Positions 1 to 13,235 are shown, numbered from the stretch's first letter. The stretch is 64,000 bases of DNA from Psilocybe cubensis (GCA_017499595.2 CM039003.1:496001-560000), one strand, 5' to 3'. Numbers and translations are program-made. The notes: generated by a model from the sequence alone, not told the origin.

Positions 1-549
1 CTTGAATTCGCCTCTCAAATGGATTCCCTCGCGAAGGAATCCGCTTCAGCGCTAAACCTCGCCGCTGATGCAATGAAGCGATCCTATGACACCTCTCACC
101 GCGCTCCACCCGTCTTCAATGTTGGCGACATGGTGATGCTCAGCGCCTCCGACATCAAGTCCTCACGTCCGTCTAAAAAGCTCGATGTTAAGCGTCACGG
201 ACCTTTTCCTGTGACGAAACGCGTTGGCATCCAGTCTTACACCCTCGACCTACCGGCCTCGTGGTCGATCCACCCTACTTTCCATGTCTCTAAACTCTCC
301 CGTTTCATACCAGCAGAATTCGATTCCCAAACTTCACCCGCGACACCAACACCTCCCCCCGCGTTACCACCCCCAGACATTGCAAGTGTGCTCGGCCACA
401 GGGCCCTGCGCAGTGGAACACAGTTCCTCGTGCTGCTCGATGGCTGCACAGAGGAAGACGCTTCGTGGTCAAGCCACTCATCCTTCCCTAACTCTGAAGT
501 ACTAAACAATTACATACGCCTCCACAACATCCCGGACGCCCACCTTTAA
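1..549 (+). mobile_element. Ty3/gypsy (chromovirus-like) retrotransposon, 3' end of pol: integrase C-terminus and degenerate chromodomain (5'-truncated by window)
   Basis: ORF 19-549 has the GPF/Y-type integrase tail (RHGPFPVTKRVG...YTLDLPASWSIHPTFHVSKL) and a chromodomain-like segment (IASVLGHR...FLVLLDG...EDASW); followed by a polypurine tract and an LTR. Confidence 0.9.
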
Positions 550-560
550 GAGGGGGGTGA

Positions 561-733
561 TGTTAGAGTTCCCTCTAACGTAGACACACACACGTGCCTG
601 TAGTCACATATCACACAGTATTTGTAGACACACCCGTAGCTACGTAGCCTCAGTTCCTTCTTTGTTAGCACACCCAACACGTTCTGGTCCTTCGTCTCTC
701 TCTCCCGCCTCGTCTCCGGGTCTCCTCCTAACA
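561..733 (+). repeat. 3' LTR of the gypsy element (173 bp)
   Basis: Starts TGTTAG at 561, ends CTAACA at 733 (6-bp inverted termini), preceded by PPT AAGAGGGGGG at 548-557. Confidence 0.85.
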
Positions 734-1476
734 AATTGTTGGTGACCACGATGTAGCAACCATCTCGTTACTCAGAGCCAATAAATTTTCATGTTTGTCG
801 GACTTCAATGTAGACATAATGCTTTGAGAAGAACTTGAGGATATGAGAGCGCTCCTGATTATTGTCAGTAAAGATGGTAGAATTTTAAAATAACTTCTAC
901 TTATATTACTTGACAGGCACCGGCGTTGCAGGATCATAAAACCACCAAGCGATACGCTTATTATGACGCCCCGGTTCTAACAGCAAATGTATTTGAGCGG
1001 TGTACATGATGAGCTATATGATTCCAGCCGAGGCATTTGTTGTTAAACAAATGGAGCGCTCTTCATGCCGACTTAATCGAGAGAAACACGAGTCAAGATA
1101 ATGAACTGCATAGGCTAGCATCTTATTTCTGTTCAATCGCTTCATAGTAGGCCACAGTAGTATGTTTTAACATATTAGAATTGCGCTCGCTCTGAATCTC
1201 TTCTATAGTGCCTGCAAGGCCAACCGTACACTCAACAAAATCTTTAGAAAGGAGATCGTTTCGGTCGCGATGGCAATCGGCTTCAATGAATTTCCATACG
1301 GACATTATAAATATCTTTACGGGCAATATACGCCTCAGTTTTGTTAAATTCCTAATTGAAAGTATGTTTGAAAGTCTATAAAGTAAAATTAGAATAGTGA
1401 AGAAAGGAATATAAACTGGCAAAAAACACGAACAAGGTATATCCTTTGGACAGCATACCCTTCAGCAAACTCGACC

Positions 1477-3654
1477 ATGCAATTAAAGCTTGCCGTAATT
1501 GCTGCAATTCTATATATAACTAGTGCCACTCGTGGTGGTCAAGTACCTGTCGTGGGCGGAGTCATTGGAGGGGTTCCATCCCCTATACGTACAACAAAAG
1601 AGTTTATCGCCTCGCCTCAAACAATAAGAAATGTGACGACCCCTGGTAAACTAAGGGTTGTCGAAAACTCAGGCGTATGCGGTAAGATTCAGATGCAGAA
1701 CTTACTGGGTTTTAAAACCATATGCTAACACAACATTAGAAACAACCCCCGGAATCTATCAGGCATCAGGATATGGAGACCTAACATCTACTGAGAGCAT
1801 CTGGTACATTTTTCTAGTGCATCACCTACTCATATGTAATGATTAATACGATTTTATAGGTTCTGGTTTTTCGCTTCTCGCAAGAATCCTGAAAATGCCC
1901 CTCTTGCGCTGTGGTTCAATGGAGGGGTAAGTCAGCTTTTGCGGGCGTGTACTGAGCATCACTTAAGCTGACACGAGAAAATTAAAAGCCTGGCAGCTCA
2001 AGTATGATTGGCCTCTTTCAAGAACACGGGCCATGCAGGATCACGAATGACAGTTCGTCCGTAACTCACAATCCATTTTCCTGGAACAACGAGGCGAATG
2101 TTCTGTATATTGACCAGCCAGTTGGGGTGGGCTTCTCTTACGGAGACACTAAGGTTGGTACATCGCAGGAGGCAGCAGCAGATGTTTGGTCATTCCTGCA
2201 AATTTTCCTCTCGGACAAGAGGTTCTCGCATTTGAAAGCAAACAAACTTGCCTTGTGGACCGAGTCGTGAGTTAATTTATGCATTTTGAGTCTCAGAACG
2301 GTGATTAATGGGATGTGTGTCTAGCTATGGTGGTCATTATGGCCCAACATTTGCAGCGTATGATACCTTATCAATTCGTCATAGATCTTTTAACATACAG
2401 CGATACACAGTCACTTTATCAAGCAAAATATGGCTATTCAGCAGGGAAAAATATCTGGTACGGTTCTCAACTTACAAGTACTCGGTATAGGTAATGGAAT
2501 CACGGTATGTACAGTCAAACATAGCTCAAATTAACGTGATAGCTCACATTCCACAGAATCCTCTGGTGCAATATCCTGGTTATCTTGAGTATGCTGCCTT
2601 TAACCCATACCATTATCCTCTGGTCGACGACGCGGTTCTGGACATGGCAAATCAATCGTGGACAACACCTGTAACTGGCTGCAGGGATCTGGTGAACATG
2701 CATCTATCATTTTCCTGATAAAACGAGCTAAATGCTAGCATTCAGATTATAGAGTGTAACGGGCCCAATGGTACCAACTTTATATGCTCAGAGGCTCAAG
2801 GATTCTGCAATGGCAATATTCTATCCCCTTTGGCGGGCAATTTCGATGTAATGGTGTTACATTTTAACTGGCCTTGGCTTCTTATTCATGAATTTAGGTG
2901 TACTATGTACCGGTTGAGAACCCTGACCCATACCCACCGCCGTTTGACGAATACATCAATAAAGTCGCATCAGCAATTGGAGGAGAGGTGACATGGATCC
3001 AATCTAGCGACGACGTTTACATCAATTTTGCGACAACAGGTGTGTTCATGACGCGATATTTGAGTTACGCCGCTTACCAACCTCTGTAACAGGTGACTGG
3101 ATGAGAGATTCCAGCCCAGACCTCGAGTTCGTTATCAATTCAGGAGTATGTCTGAAAATAACACGATTACACAAAATGGCTAACGAAAAGTAGGTTAGAA
3201 CGATCATCTACGATGGGGATGCGGTGAGTATTTATTTCAAGGCTCTTACATAACATCTCAGTAGTCCATGTAGGATTACATTCTGAATTTTAATGGGGTG
3301 GAAGCAATGGTATGTCAGACGTTCACATACCAATTGAACTCTGTCTGAATGATAAATAGGTCAATAATTTGAAAACGATTTGGTCCCCAATTTACAAGAC
3401 ACAGAAGTTTAAGCCCTACTCCGTGCACGGGACGCAGACCGGGATATACAAGAACGCCGGGAAGTTTTCCTATGTTCGTATCTTTGGAGCTGGACATGAA
3501 GTGCCTGCATATAAAGTAAGTTATTTGTCTGAAGGCTACTACCGCCCTCCATCATTAATTAAAATTATAAAAGTTTGGTAATTTAGACTACGGAGAGGCA
3601 GCAGCCCAGATGTTTACGCAGATTATGCGTGATGAATGCCTCTCAAGTACATAG
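1477..3654 (+). CDS. Secreted serine carboxypeptidase, peptidase family S10 (multi-exon), copy 1
   Basis: Signal peptide MQLKLAVIAAILYITSA; motifs [41 protein letters not shown] across GT-AG spliced exons; stop TAG 3652-3654. Confidence 0.92.
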
Positions 3655-4108
3655 GTATTGAGAATAAATTGGCTTGGATTCAGTGGCATGGCGGGCGGGA
3701 TATCTTGGTAACTCAAAACAGGCTATATCCGATGATTGATTATCTGTATACGTTATATTTTGCCATGGTTTGTTCAACTTAATGCTTCAAGCGTAAAAGT
3801 TACAAAATTTTACTAAGTCACTTTGGAGCGGTGTTTCATTCGGACCTTGAAATATCCAAATCCGCATACTTCCGAACGCAACCATGCTCATCTTGACCGA
3901 TCTCTGCTCTCAAAAGTCCATTATCTTGCACTCGCGGCTCTATTTTTTCTTAAAACACCGGATTTGGATCTGACGACCTGTAAAATTGAACCTGAATCAT
4001 TACCGACTGACCGCTCAAGTGGATGGAAAGAAGTTGTAACCAATATACTGTGTTTCGTAATAGACAAACTACATACGGCGATGAGTGAAAAAACTATTGG
4101 GCAGACAG

Positions 4109-5445
4109 CTATTTGACATTCCTCTTTGCCGCAGAGTCTATGTTAGCCACGAGACAAACATCTGCATATGTGAACTCGAGTGCAGGCTCGTTTCCATGGG
4201 CAAGGTAGTTTGTCTTGAAAAAATTGGACTTGGCGGGTTTCTTGATCCATACGATTGGGGTGCATTTAATGTATTTGTGGTGAATTACTTTGGCATTGTA
4301 CGCATGGGCAAGATATTCGACGATGTCATCTTCGTATAGACAATCCTGAAAGTCGACAAATTGGTCCACAAGGCAAGAGCCCGTCCTATATCCTTTGGGG
4401 GGATAGTAGATCGCTTTGAGGGAGACGTCGATTGAAAGGGATTTACAGATGCTCAGGGTATCGGCATCGCTTCCTTTGAGGCATTCAATGAGGTTAGAGA
4501 GTTCGGTCTTTTTGGGATCGATGGGGTAACGATGAGCCAGACTGAACCCTAATAGACCGCCATTAGGAAGCACGTTTGGATCGGCCAGGAGGGCGGCTAA
4601 CGACTGTTTGAGTTTTTCAATGTAGTCGGCAGTCATCGAAAGCGGCTTCAGGGGTTTGCTCGAGGTTTTTGTCAGATACAAGTTGTAAGTGAGGGTGACA
4701 CGGTAGCCAGAGGTAACAAGGGTCACTTCGTGTTCTACATCGCTGTAAAAGGCAACAAATGCGGCTTTGGGAATATTGTCTGAGCGCACTGCCAGTGCGG
4801 TATCGAACACTTGCTCGTTTCCCGCGTGTCGAACGATCAGGGATCCTCCCTCGTGAACGGTTGGCAGCACAACAACCAACGATCCAAACATATTCTCGTT
4901 ACGCGGGGTGTCTACATGGGATTTAAAGAATGATCCGGGGCCTTTGAGTTATTTGGTATGAGCATCTACAACGTAGTCCGCAACTTGAATTGCTTACCGT
5001 ATACATTGAGCTTGTACAACTCAACCTCAATAGAGTTACCCTCAATCTGTGAGCCTAGAAGAGAGTCCCGAATGGTATCGAGAATGCCGCCAGTCAAAGG
5101 AGAGAAATTTATGGCAAACTGGGTGGCGTCCAACTTGCCAGCCTTGCGATAGGTTTCGTCCAAGACGTCCTGTTTCTCGACGCCGAATGTGGCCTTTTGA
5201 CACGAACCAGCTAAAGCGGCCAGTTGATCATCTGTCGGCTTGCTGAAATCGATTTTTCTGATAATTTGTTAATCCCACAGTGAGCATAGCATTTGATATG
5301 GGACTCACCCTTCGGATCCGTTGATGGTGGTGTAGTAAAGCTTTGACGTCGTTTCAGTGAGTGATACCGCACCACTGCAGTAGGTTATGTGGTTAATATT
5401 GCTGAAAGCAGATTGGATGGCTTTGAGAGATTTGTTCGAGGACAT
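4109..5445 (-). CDS. 2-oxoglutarate/Fe(II)-dependent dioxygenase (prolyl-hydroxylase-like)
   Basis: Exons give YKLNVYG, FFKSHVDTPR (HxD), MFGSLVVVLPTVHEGG, FYSDVEHEV (distal His) and GYRVTLTYNL; ATG at 5445. Confidence 0.88.
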
Positions 5446-6831
5446 TGGTTAGCAAGGAATGAATTCCAATTCTACCCGTAATTTATACTGTTCTACCCCC
5501 GTAAAAAAGAATCGATAAACCCTGTGTTTTCTCATGCTCATGTGAGATACTCATAATATTCCTGCTCAAAGCCTGTCAATTTCTGGAACTTGCTGGTTGT
5601 CAGTTGGGATGTGAGTCTATTGGAACCGATTACGATGGAAGGCCAGTGTAAACTAGTCAGAATTCCAAACCATAACCATAACCTAACCCAACCCTAACCC
5701 TGTCGGGATCAAACCAATACATTCGAGCTGATTGTCCGCTACCAAGTTGCTCAAATTATCTAACTTCCCCGACGCGCTATGGATGAACATTTTCCAACGC
5801 GATTGACGACTACATACTCACCGTCTTATACCAGGATTTTCACCGACTAGCCCTGTACTAGTCCAGGAAAAAGCGGCGTCAACGATCGAGTTCTTATCTG
5901 TGGGATAACCCCGTCATTTGGAGAAGGTCCTGGGAAGGCTGATCTTGTTTGTCCATGTATGCAGCGTATGGAGGCAGTTTTCCTGGTTATGACCCTGAGT
6001 CTGCCATCTATTCTTCTGTTTGGCGTTTTTCATTTCCACCTATTGGCGCATGCTGGGCTTGCTGGACAGCTTAACGATATTTCTGTAAATCTGGTCAACC
6101 CCGTCTATTGATCTGCGCTGATTCCTGCCAGGACAGTACCCCATGTATGTTGTCGAGCAAGTGGAGAAGGTTGTTGTGGTATAACCGTCTTTTCTCGGCC
6201 CGTATATTCTACAATCAGTTCTACCCAGCGGTTTTGATGTGTGGAGATATGACGTGGCTCTCCGGCGATATGTAAGTGCTATGTTCTTCCTTTGATCAGA
6301 AGCTCACGATATCTTCTCAATTCCCTGTGTAGTGGTAGTGAAGCTTCTTTATTTTGCATAACTCCTCGTGTAAATATGATCACCGGGACGGCTTAAAAAT
6401 CTTCTTTCAGATTATCATAGTCACTGGGTCAAGTCCTATCAAATTCAGAATTATGCAGTGTTACGAATATGTCCATCGCCCCAACTGCTGGCTACATACT
6501 ACTCTGTTTGAAGAAATTTTCTACCTGGGTACTGACTTAGGTGAGCAATCCCGACTGAGGCAACGATACAATCAACCCTCACAACCAGGAGTTAGCACTA
6601 TTGCTGTTGTTTCATCTTGCGTTCAGACTAACGGAGTGTACGTCACAAATTATTCTTCGCTCTTATCATGCCATATGGCTTTTTTTCTGTCCTTTATCCG
6701 TGCAAAAACGCCACCGGAACCACTTCATTTCGGCCCGCAGACATGAAAAACGCGGTGAAGTCAGAAATAACTTGTGAAGACGATGAATAAAAGCCTTCGT
6801 GGATAGAGGGTAAGTACCCATACACCCATCT

Positions 6832-9034
6832 ATGCTTCTCTCTTTTGCAATCAGTGTTTTACTGCCCACGGCCAGGGTTTTTGGAGGCCAAATTCCTGTT
6901 GTAGAAGGCGTAATTGGCGGGGTACCCTCAGTGTCTTCCACAAATGAACTCCTCGAGTTCCCTCAAGTTACTTCCAATATTACGACTCCAGGAAAGTTGA
7001 GAGTTGTTGAAAACTCTGGAGTCTGTGGTGAGTAACAGATGACAGCTGGCCTTGATTTTGTAACGTTTTAATGTGATACTAGAAACTACGCCGGGAGTCT
7101 TTCAAGCATCTGGGTACGGTGATCTAACAGCTACGGAGAGTATATGGTACATTCATTTTTCTTGTTGTCGCATCTTCAGAAACTGAAGATTGTATATCAG
7201 GTTCTGGTTTTTTGCGTCTCGAAAAGATCCCGAGAACGCACCCCTCGCATTGTGGTTCAACGGAGGAGTGAGTTCATTCCGGGTTTAATGGGTGTCGTAT
7301 CTTGACCTCAGTGCTCCTCTAGCCCGGAAGCTCTAGTATGATTGGTCTGCTCCAGGAGAATGGCCCCTGTCGGATCACAAACGACAGCACATCCGTAACG
7401 CTGAATCCATTTTCATGGAACAACGAAGCCAATGTGCTTTACATCGATCAGCCTGTTGGCGTAGGCTTCTCCCATGGTGACACAAAAGTTGGCACTTCAG
7501 AGGCGGCAGCAGCAGATGTGTGGTCATTCTTACAGATCTTCCTCAACGACAAGCGTTTTTCGCATCTGAAGAAGAATAAGCTTGCGCTTTGGACTGAATC
7601 GTGAGTTATAGCTCTATTGTCATTATAATATTGGGATGAGACCCTGATTGGTGTATGTCGCACAAGTTACGGAGGCCATTATGGTCCCACATTCGCGGCG
7701 TAAGTTGTAGATAGTCACAGTGAAGAATTAGAGCTGACATGGGGTTCCCATTCAGTCACTTCCTCAAGCAAAACTCCGCAATCCTGGAGCGGAAGATTTC
7801 AGGAACGATCCTTAATTTACAGGTTCTCGGTATTGGTGATGGACTTACGGTATGACGTATGAATAGCTATAACAACCAAACATTTAGTCTGACATATTTG
7901 TATGGCGCTAGAATCCGCTAGCACAATATCCTGGATACCTCCAATATGCCGCTGTTAACCCTTACCACCCATTAGTAAACGAGACCGTTCTTGCAGCCGC
8001 CAATATTTCGTGGACGACACCCAAGACGGGTTGCAGGGATCTGGTCAGTAATAGAAAATAACTGTCGTTGGTCATGGGATTGATGCCGTTCCAAATATTA
8101 GATCATAGCGTGCAATGCACCCGTCTGGAACACTACCGTATGCTCACAGGCACAATCCTTTTGTAACAACAGAATTTTATCCCCTTTGGCTGGAATTTAC
8201 GATGTAAACGCTTCTGTTCACGCTTATTGTAACATTTAACTTGACTTTGCTACATGCAGGTGTATTATGTTTTGACACCCGATCCCGATCCGTATCCGCC
8301 TCAAATCTCTACTTATCTCAACAATGTAGCGTCAAAAATCGGAGGCGAGGTTCAATGGTCGCAGTCGAGCAGAGTTGTATATGCCAATTTTGCAAACACA
8401 GGTATGTCAGCCTCATTGTGGTCTGTTGTGGCTCAGACGTAAATTGATGAACTTGAAAGGCGATTGGATGAGGGATTCAAGCCCTGACCTTGAATTCGTT
8501 ATCAATTCCGGAGTATGTTTGAGCACCCCCATCATGTTCTTGTAGCTCACTCGCGCCGCTTTCGTAGGTCAGGACCATCATATACGACGGTGACGTTGTA
8601 AGTCCCAGTCGATTTATGGTTTCTTATACTAAGCTGTGTATTAGGACTACATTCTAAACTTCAATGGTGTAGAGGCAATGGTTGGTGATCTTCTCCGACG
8701 TGCCAGAGCTAATTGATGTTGAACTACGTTACGTATAGGTGGCCGACCTGAAGACTATTTGGTCTCCTCTTTTCAAGCAGCAAAAGTTCAAGTCTTTCTC
8801 CGTCCGTGGACAGGCTACTGGGCTCTACAAGAATGCCGGGAAGTTCTCTTACGTCCGAATCTTTGGAGCTGGGCACGAAGTACCGGCGTACAAGGTATGT
8901 CGTTTAGTATAGCGTGCTTGTCTGTCTTTTGTTGCTTAACAATCACATTACAGTACGGGAAACTTGAGTATGGAGAGGCTGCTGCTCAAATGTTTACGCA
9001 GATAATGCGTGACGAGAGTCTTTCGAGCACATGA
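6832..9034 (+). CDS. Secreted serine carboxypeptidase S10, copy 2 (tandem paralog)
   Basis: Signal peptide; same motifs ([35 protein letters not shown]) and matching intron positions as copy 1; stop TGA 9032-9034. Confidence 0.92.
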
Positions 9035-9249
9035 AACTTTGTACATATACCTATGGCGCGTCTATGTATACATATGCGTGAGCCGCTTTGTTGCACTACT
9101 CATCCAGATGGATGCCGTATAATTGACATTTCGCAAATGATTGACAAATCAACATGGTACAATGTCCGGAAGTGGCTGGTAGGTAGGGAAAGGTGCGTAG
9201 CCGAAAAAAAGGAATGGTTGATAGCATTTGATAATAGTAAGCAAAATGG

Positions 9250-10624
9250 CTAAAGGATGCCTTCATACATTGGTTCATTCAATGGGTCTAATATCGGTCT
9301 GTGGAGATCAATAGAGGGAGTTTTACGCAGGTAGTCATCAAGAGCTTTTAATGCACCACCAGCCATCAAACGTTCCTGAGGGTCAGGTACACAGAGAGGT
9401 AGCCATAATCGGTCGACCTCTTCCATGCCAGTCTGATAGGAAAGTCGTCATTAGTAATTCAGAAGATTATCTAGGTTTGCAGACTCACCACAAAGTTAAC
9501 ACGGAGATCTTCACCCAACTGCCACATGTCGAGTTTAAAGGGGCAATATGGCTCCTTCGTTCTGAGTTCTGGTGCAATGTAGCGACCGAACTGGTCTAAG
9601 TCCCGATGAAATGATGTGCACACCCTATCTGACTCTAAAGAGTCCTCTAGAAAGTCAACTGCAGTTTCAAAATCAATCATGTATACCCTGGGGCGAGTCA
9701 CAGATGTACGTTTGGACAATGATTCGGGCATCCATTCAACCATAAAGTTAGGTAGATACAAGTCCTAAAAAATCCGTAAAACAAGGAGACCTTGAGGTAA
9801 AAAGTAACTTACGCGATGCGCAATAAGTTTATCATGGATATATGCAGTTGTCTGTAAGGTTATTGGTAAATACATGTCGGATCTGGGGTAGAAAGAACGT
9901 GAACTCGCCTCGAGGGCCTGGAGCACCATGTACAAGGCATCTTCGACAGAGTTTGAATGTGTATAGTGAAGGACTTCACGGAGATCGAAAATAAGCTTTG
10001 GGACAGCGATAATGACGATATCTTCGAAAGAAAACTCGTGCAATATGGGCAGAATGTGATTGCTGCTTAACATATGATCCGGAGGGGACACTAGCCGCTT
10101 TAATATTCGCAGGTGGGTTTGGCCTTCGCCCGATATAGAGACAACACGCAGAACAACATCGCGAACACCGTTCATACGAGCAGCGTGGTGAAGGCATGCT
10201 GTCAAAACACTAAACGTGTTCCACCTTACCAAGGATTTATTCGGTTTGTCGTGTGAAGTCAGGTAGAGAAAGTTATCACCCTGTGGCGGAAGGTCATTAT
10301 TCCAAACTTGTTGAAAGGTTGTTGTCTTCCACAGCTGAAATCCATTCCGCTCGAAAAGAGGTCGAAGTTCGCCCCAGGCCTCAATGTAGTCTTCCAAGCT
10401 GAGAAATTTCCAAATTTCAAGATGTTTTGGTAACTGAAACAAACGCAGAATTGTCTGAACATGGTGCAATGAGCTGGATGGTTACATACCTTCTCGCGAC
10501 GGGGTAATTTTAGGTCCTTTTTACTTGACTGTTTAACAGAAGGTAGAAGAAGACTGCCGGCTGATACAGCCAAGGTCAGAGCACAAAGCGCCAGTAATGA
10601 GGTGTATCGATTGTCGTAAATCAT
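9250..10624 (-). CDS. Agaricomycete atypical protein-kinase-like protein (AgaK1-like), paralog 1
   Basis: N-terminal hydrophobic segment; RDVVLRVV, NHILPIL, IAHR/DLYLPNF, IDFETAV, IAPEL, CPFKLDMWQLG, ERL; stop TAG 9250-9252. Confidence 0.85.
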
Positions 10625-11212
10625 TGGTGGTCCGATAGAATCTTGCACGCGTTGCACTGTTGCTTCAAAACTGTCAACAAATATTCATCGGACTTGGAGT
10701 TTGGTCATATTGATGTCGTTAGGCTTTTCCGACTAATCCTGTTTTTCAAAGTCCGAAACGGGTTCGATTGGGATTCGCGTGATGTTTTATGTTGGCCATC
10801 AAAACATAATCCCAACAGTGCAAAAAACGGTATGGAGGCAACATGGAGGGTGGGCTCAAACCAACTGGATAAGATATACGCATACCATACTCGGCTTGAT
10901 TTGACTTGTGCCTCCTACCACCAGGAGCTTTCCCAAACGGGACAAGAGCAAGAAAGAATGCTGGAGGAACTACGAAAAACGCAGAGGTGAGCACAGATAT
11001 GTAAAGATCAATGTTCAATTGACTAATCTAACCACCTCTATACCTTGACCGCGTACCCAGGTGATGTCCCAGATGATCGAGAGTAGATAGAAAGACGTAC
11101 CTGGGGGTTAAAGCAGGAAAGACGTCTGGCAGGTAAAGGGAAAGCTGTGAGTAGCAAAATAGGCTGAAACTTCGTGGCTCGACACGGCGAGTGAGTGCAG
11201 AGATTTTCATAG

Positions 11213-11850
11213 GTCTACTTACGTGGGACAGATTATTCAGTCATCTACTATCTTTATTAGATAGAGATGGCAAGCTTCAGCACTGTGATGAGCACGGCGC
11301 CGCTATGCTCACGGAAACGCGCGCGCGCTGATCCAATTTCTGGTATTTTCCTTTTATTTACATATGTTTTTCCTTCATAGAATATTCTAGCACTGATCTC
11401 CGGGAATGAACTCCTATCCCAAGTCTATGTAGTACTTAAGGACTACGTACACAATTAATAACAACTTTTGGATTCCCCTCTCGGATTTTGTCTACGTCTC
11501 GCTCTCGCGCGCGCCCTCGTCGTCTTGTCCCCTGCGGTGATTCGAAGCTAGCGTGGTAGCTTGCACCGCCGTCCCCTCTCGTCGCGCTCCGCTTCGTTTC
11601 GTTTCGCTGTCGTTTGGCTAGAAGCCGTGTGGAGCACGCTCGCTCACACACGCGTTCTGCGAGTCTTGTAGGTGTTGTTGGGTTGTTTCCCACGCCCTCA
11701 GGAGCTCGTTGAGCGTATCAACTGTTTGGCCTGGGACCCTACACGTCCGGCTTGCCAGGGGTCCAAATTGCTTATGACACATGTGGTTTAGACACGGAGG
11801 GGGGATATCGCTTCCTCCTCTCCCACAGGTCAGAAATGATAGTAGAGTAT
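11213..11850 (+). pseudogene. Relic of the last exon of an MFS transporter paralog, interrupted by a solo LTR
   Basis: 11220-11285 and 11721-11840 align by eye with the last exon of the MFS gene at 15224-15437 (gtgggacagattatt, ctatctttattagata, ctgtttggcct, ggggtccaaattgc, atatcgcttcct), with deletions and stops. Confidence 0.8.
11286..11720. mobile_element. Solo LTR (435 bp)
   Basis: TGAT...ATCA termini, 4-bp duplication ACTG at 11282-11285 and 11721-11724; removing it rejoins the MFS-homologous flanks. Confidence 0.75.
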
Positions 11851-12378
11851 TCTGAGTGCAATGCGCATGGCCTTTTCCCATCTCAATGATAGTCATAGCA
11901 TGGGGTTGATTGTACACAAATAGTACAAGCAGACCGAAATCCAGATAAGACTCTGATACGCGCCCAAAAAGCTCACTTACTACCTAGGTTTAAAGCCACA
12001 GTCATCTGGATCTCTGTCGAGAAATACTCAAATGCTTTTTGGGACTACAAATATTACCACCGACCTGATTATTGCCTGCAATCCCCATGCTTTATGTTCT
12101 CTTCATCTGGGGACCTCATAGACTACAAAGTGATCACTTGTCTCACGGGAAAAATCCTACATGTGAAGATGTCAGTTGTTTGGGGCTCTACCATGAGGTC
12201 ATTGCTTAAAACCTATCAGATTACACATGGAGACCAGATATTCTTTGAGGACAGTGGCAGGCGCCTTCTGCATGAGTCTATTTTTAATTCAACACAGCTT
12301 CTTTGATATCATGAGGATGGTATCGTTTCGTTTCTTGAACATTATAAATGCCTGTAACCCTCCTATTCTTCAGTGAAA

Positions 12379-13235
12379 ATGCTTTTTCTGCTTCTTCTCT
12401 CGGTAACCCTTCTAGATACTGCTCTCGGTGCTGTAAATGACGCATGCACTGCCGGAAGTACTCCAGGAGTATGTTTGTCAACCAGTACCTGCTCTTCAGC
12501 AGGCGGAACATCACACGCAGGATTTTGTCCCAATGATCCATCGACAGTGCAATGTTGCACAAAAGCATGTGCAACCTCAGGAATTTGTCGCTTTTCCAAT
12601 ACATGTAGTAGCGGACTCACTGAAACTGGTAAATCTACTAGTATTGTGGAGTATAAATGTTTTTTGATGCCGCGTTATCAGGCTTGTGTCCCGGCCCCAG
12701 CAACTTTGTTTGTTGCTTCCCTTCCGCAACAAGCAGCTGTGCACCTCCGGCCGTAAACGCTGCCACACTTGCGCTTATCAAGCAATTTGAAGGATTTGTC
12801 GCGAGTCCCGCTCCCGATCCCATTGGTCTCCCGACTGTTGGTTATGGACACCTCTGCCAAACTACAAATTGTGGGGAAGTTCCATTTGCCTTCCCTCTCA
12901 CCCAAGCTCAGGCAACGAGCCTGCTCAACACCGATCTCAAGACGTTCACGGCATGCCTTACAAGTGATATCAGTAACGAAGTTATTTTGAACGACAACCA
13001 ATTTGGTGCCTTGAGCTCATGGGCATTCAATGAAGGATGTGGCAACGTTGGAAGCTCTACCCTGATATCGAGACTGAATGTAGGACAGGACCCTGACACA
13101 GTTGCTGCGCAAGAGTTACCAAAGTGGGATATAGCTGGAGGTTCTGTCCTTCCAGGGTTGGTGACCCGACGGGCAGCTGAAGTGAAGCTATTCCAGACGC
13201 CCTCCAATGTTATTGCTCATCCTCCACAATGTTAA
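12379..13235 (+). CDS. Secreted GH24 (phage/T4-type) lysozyme with two N-terminal Cys-rich modules
   Basis: Signal peptide; one intron 12629-12681; FEGFVASPAPDPIGLPTVGYGH (E-D-T motif), NQFGALSSWAFNEG, LPGLVTRRAAE; TATA-like TATAAA at 12343. Confidence 0.92.

Noticed and set aside
734..1422. Minus-strand ORFs (1123-1422, 728-937) next to the gypsy LTR
   Set aside because: AT-rich with many stops and no recognisable motif; may be an old gene relic but cannot be supported
5760..6750. Coding-looking stretch and ORF 6354-6746 between the oxygenase and carboxypeptidase 2
   Set aside because: All frames are interrupted and no family is recognisable
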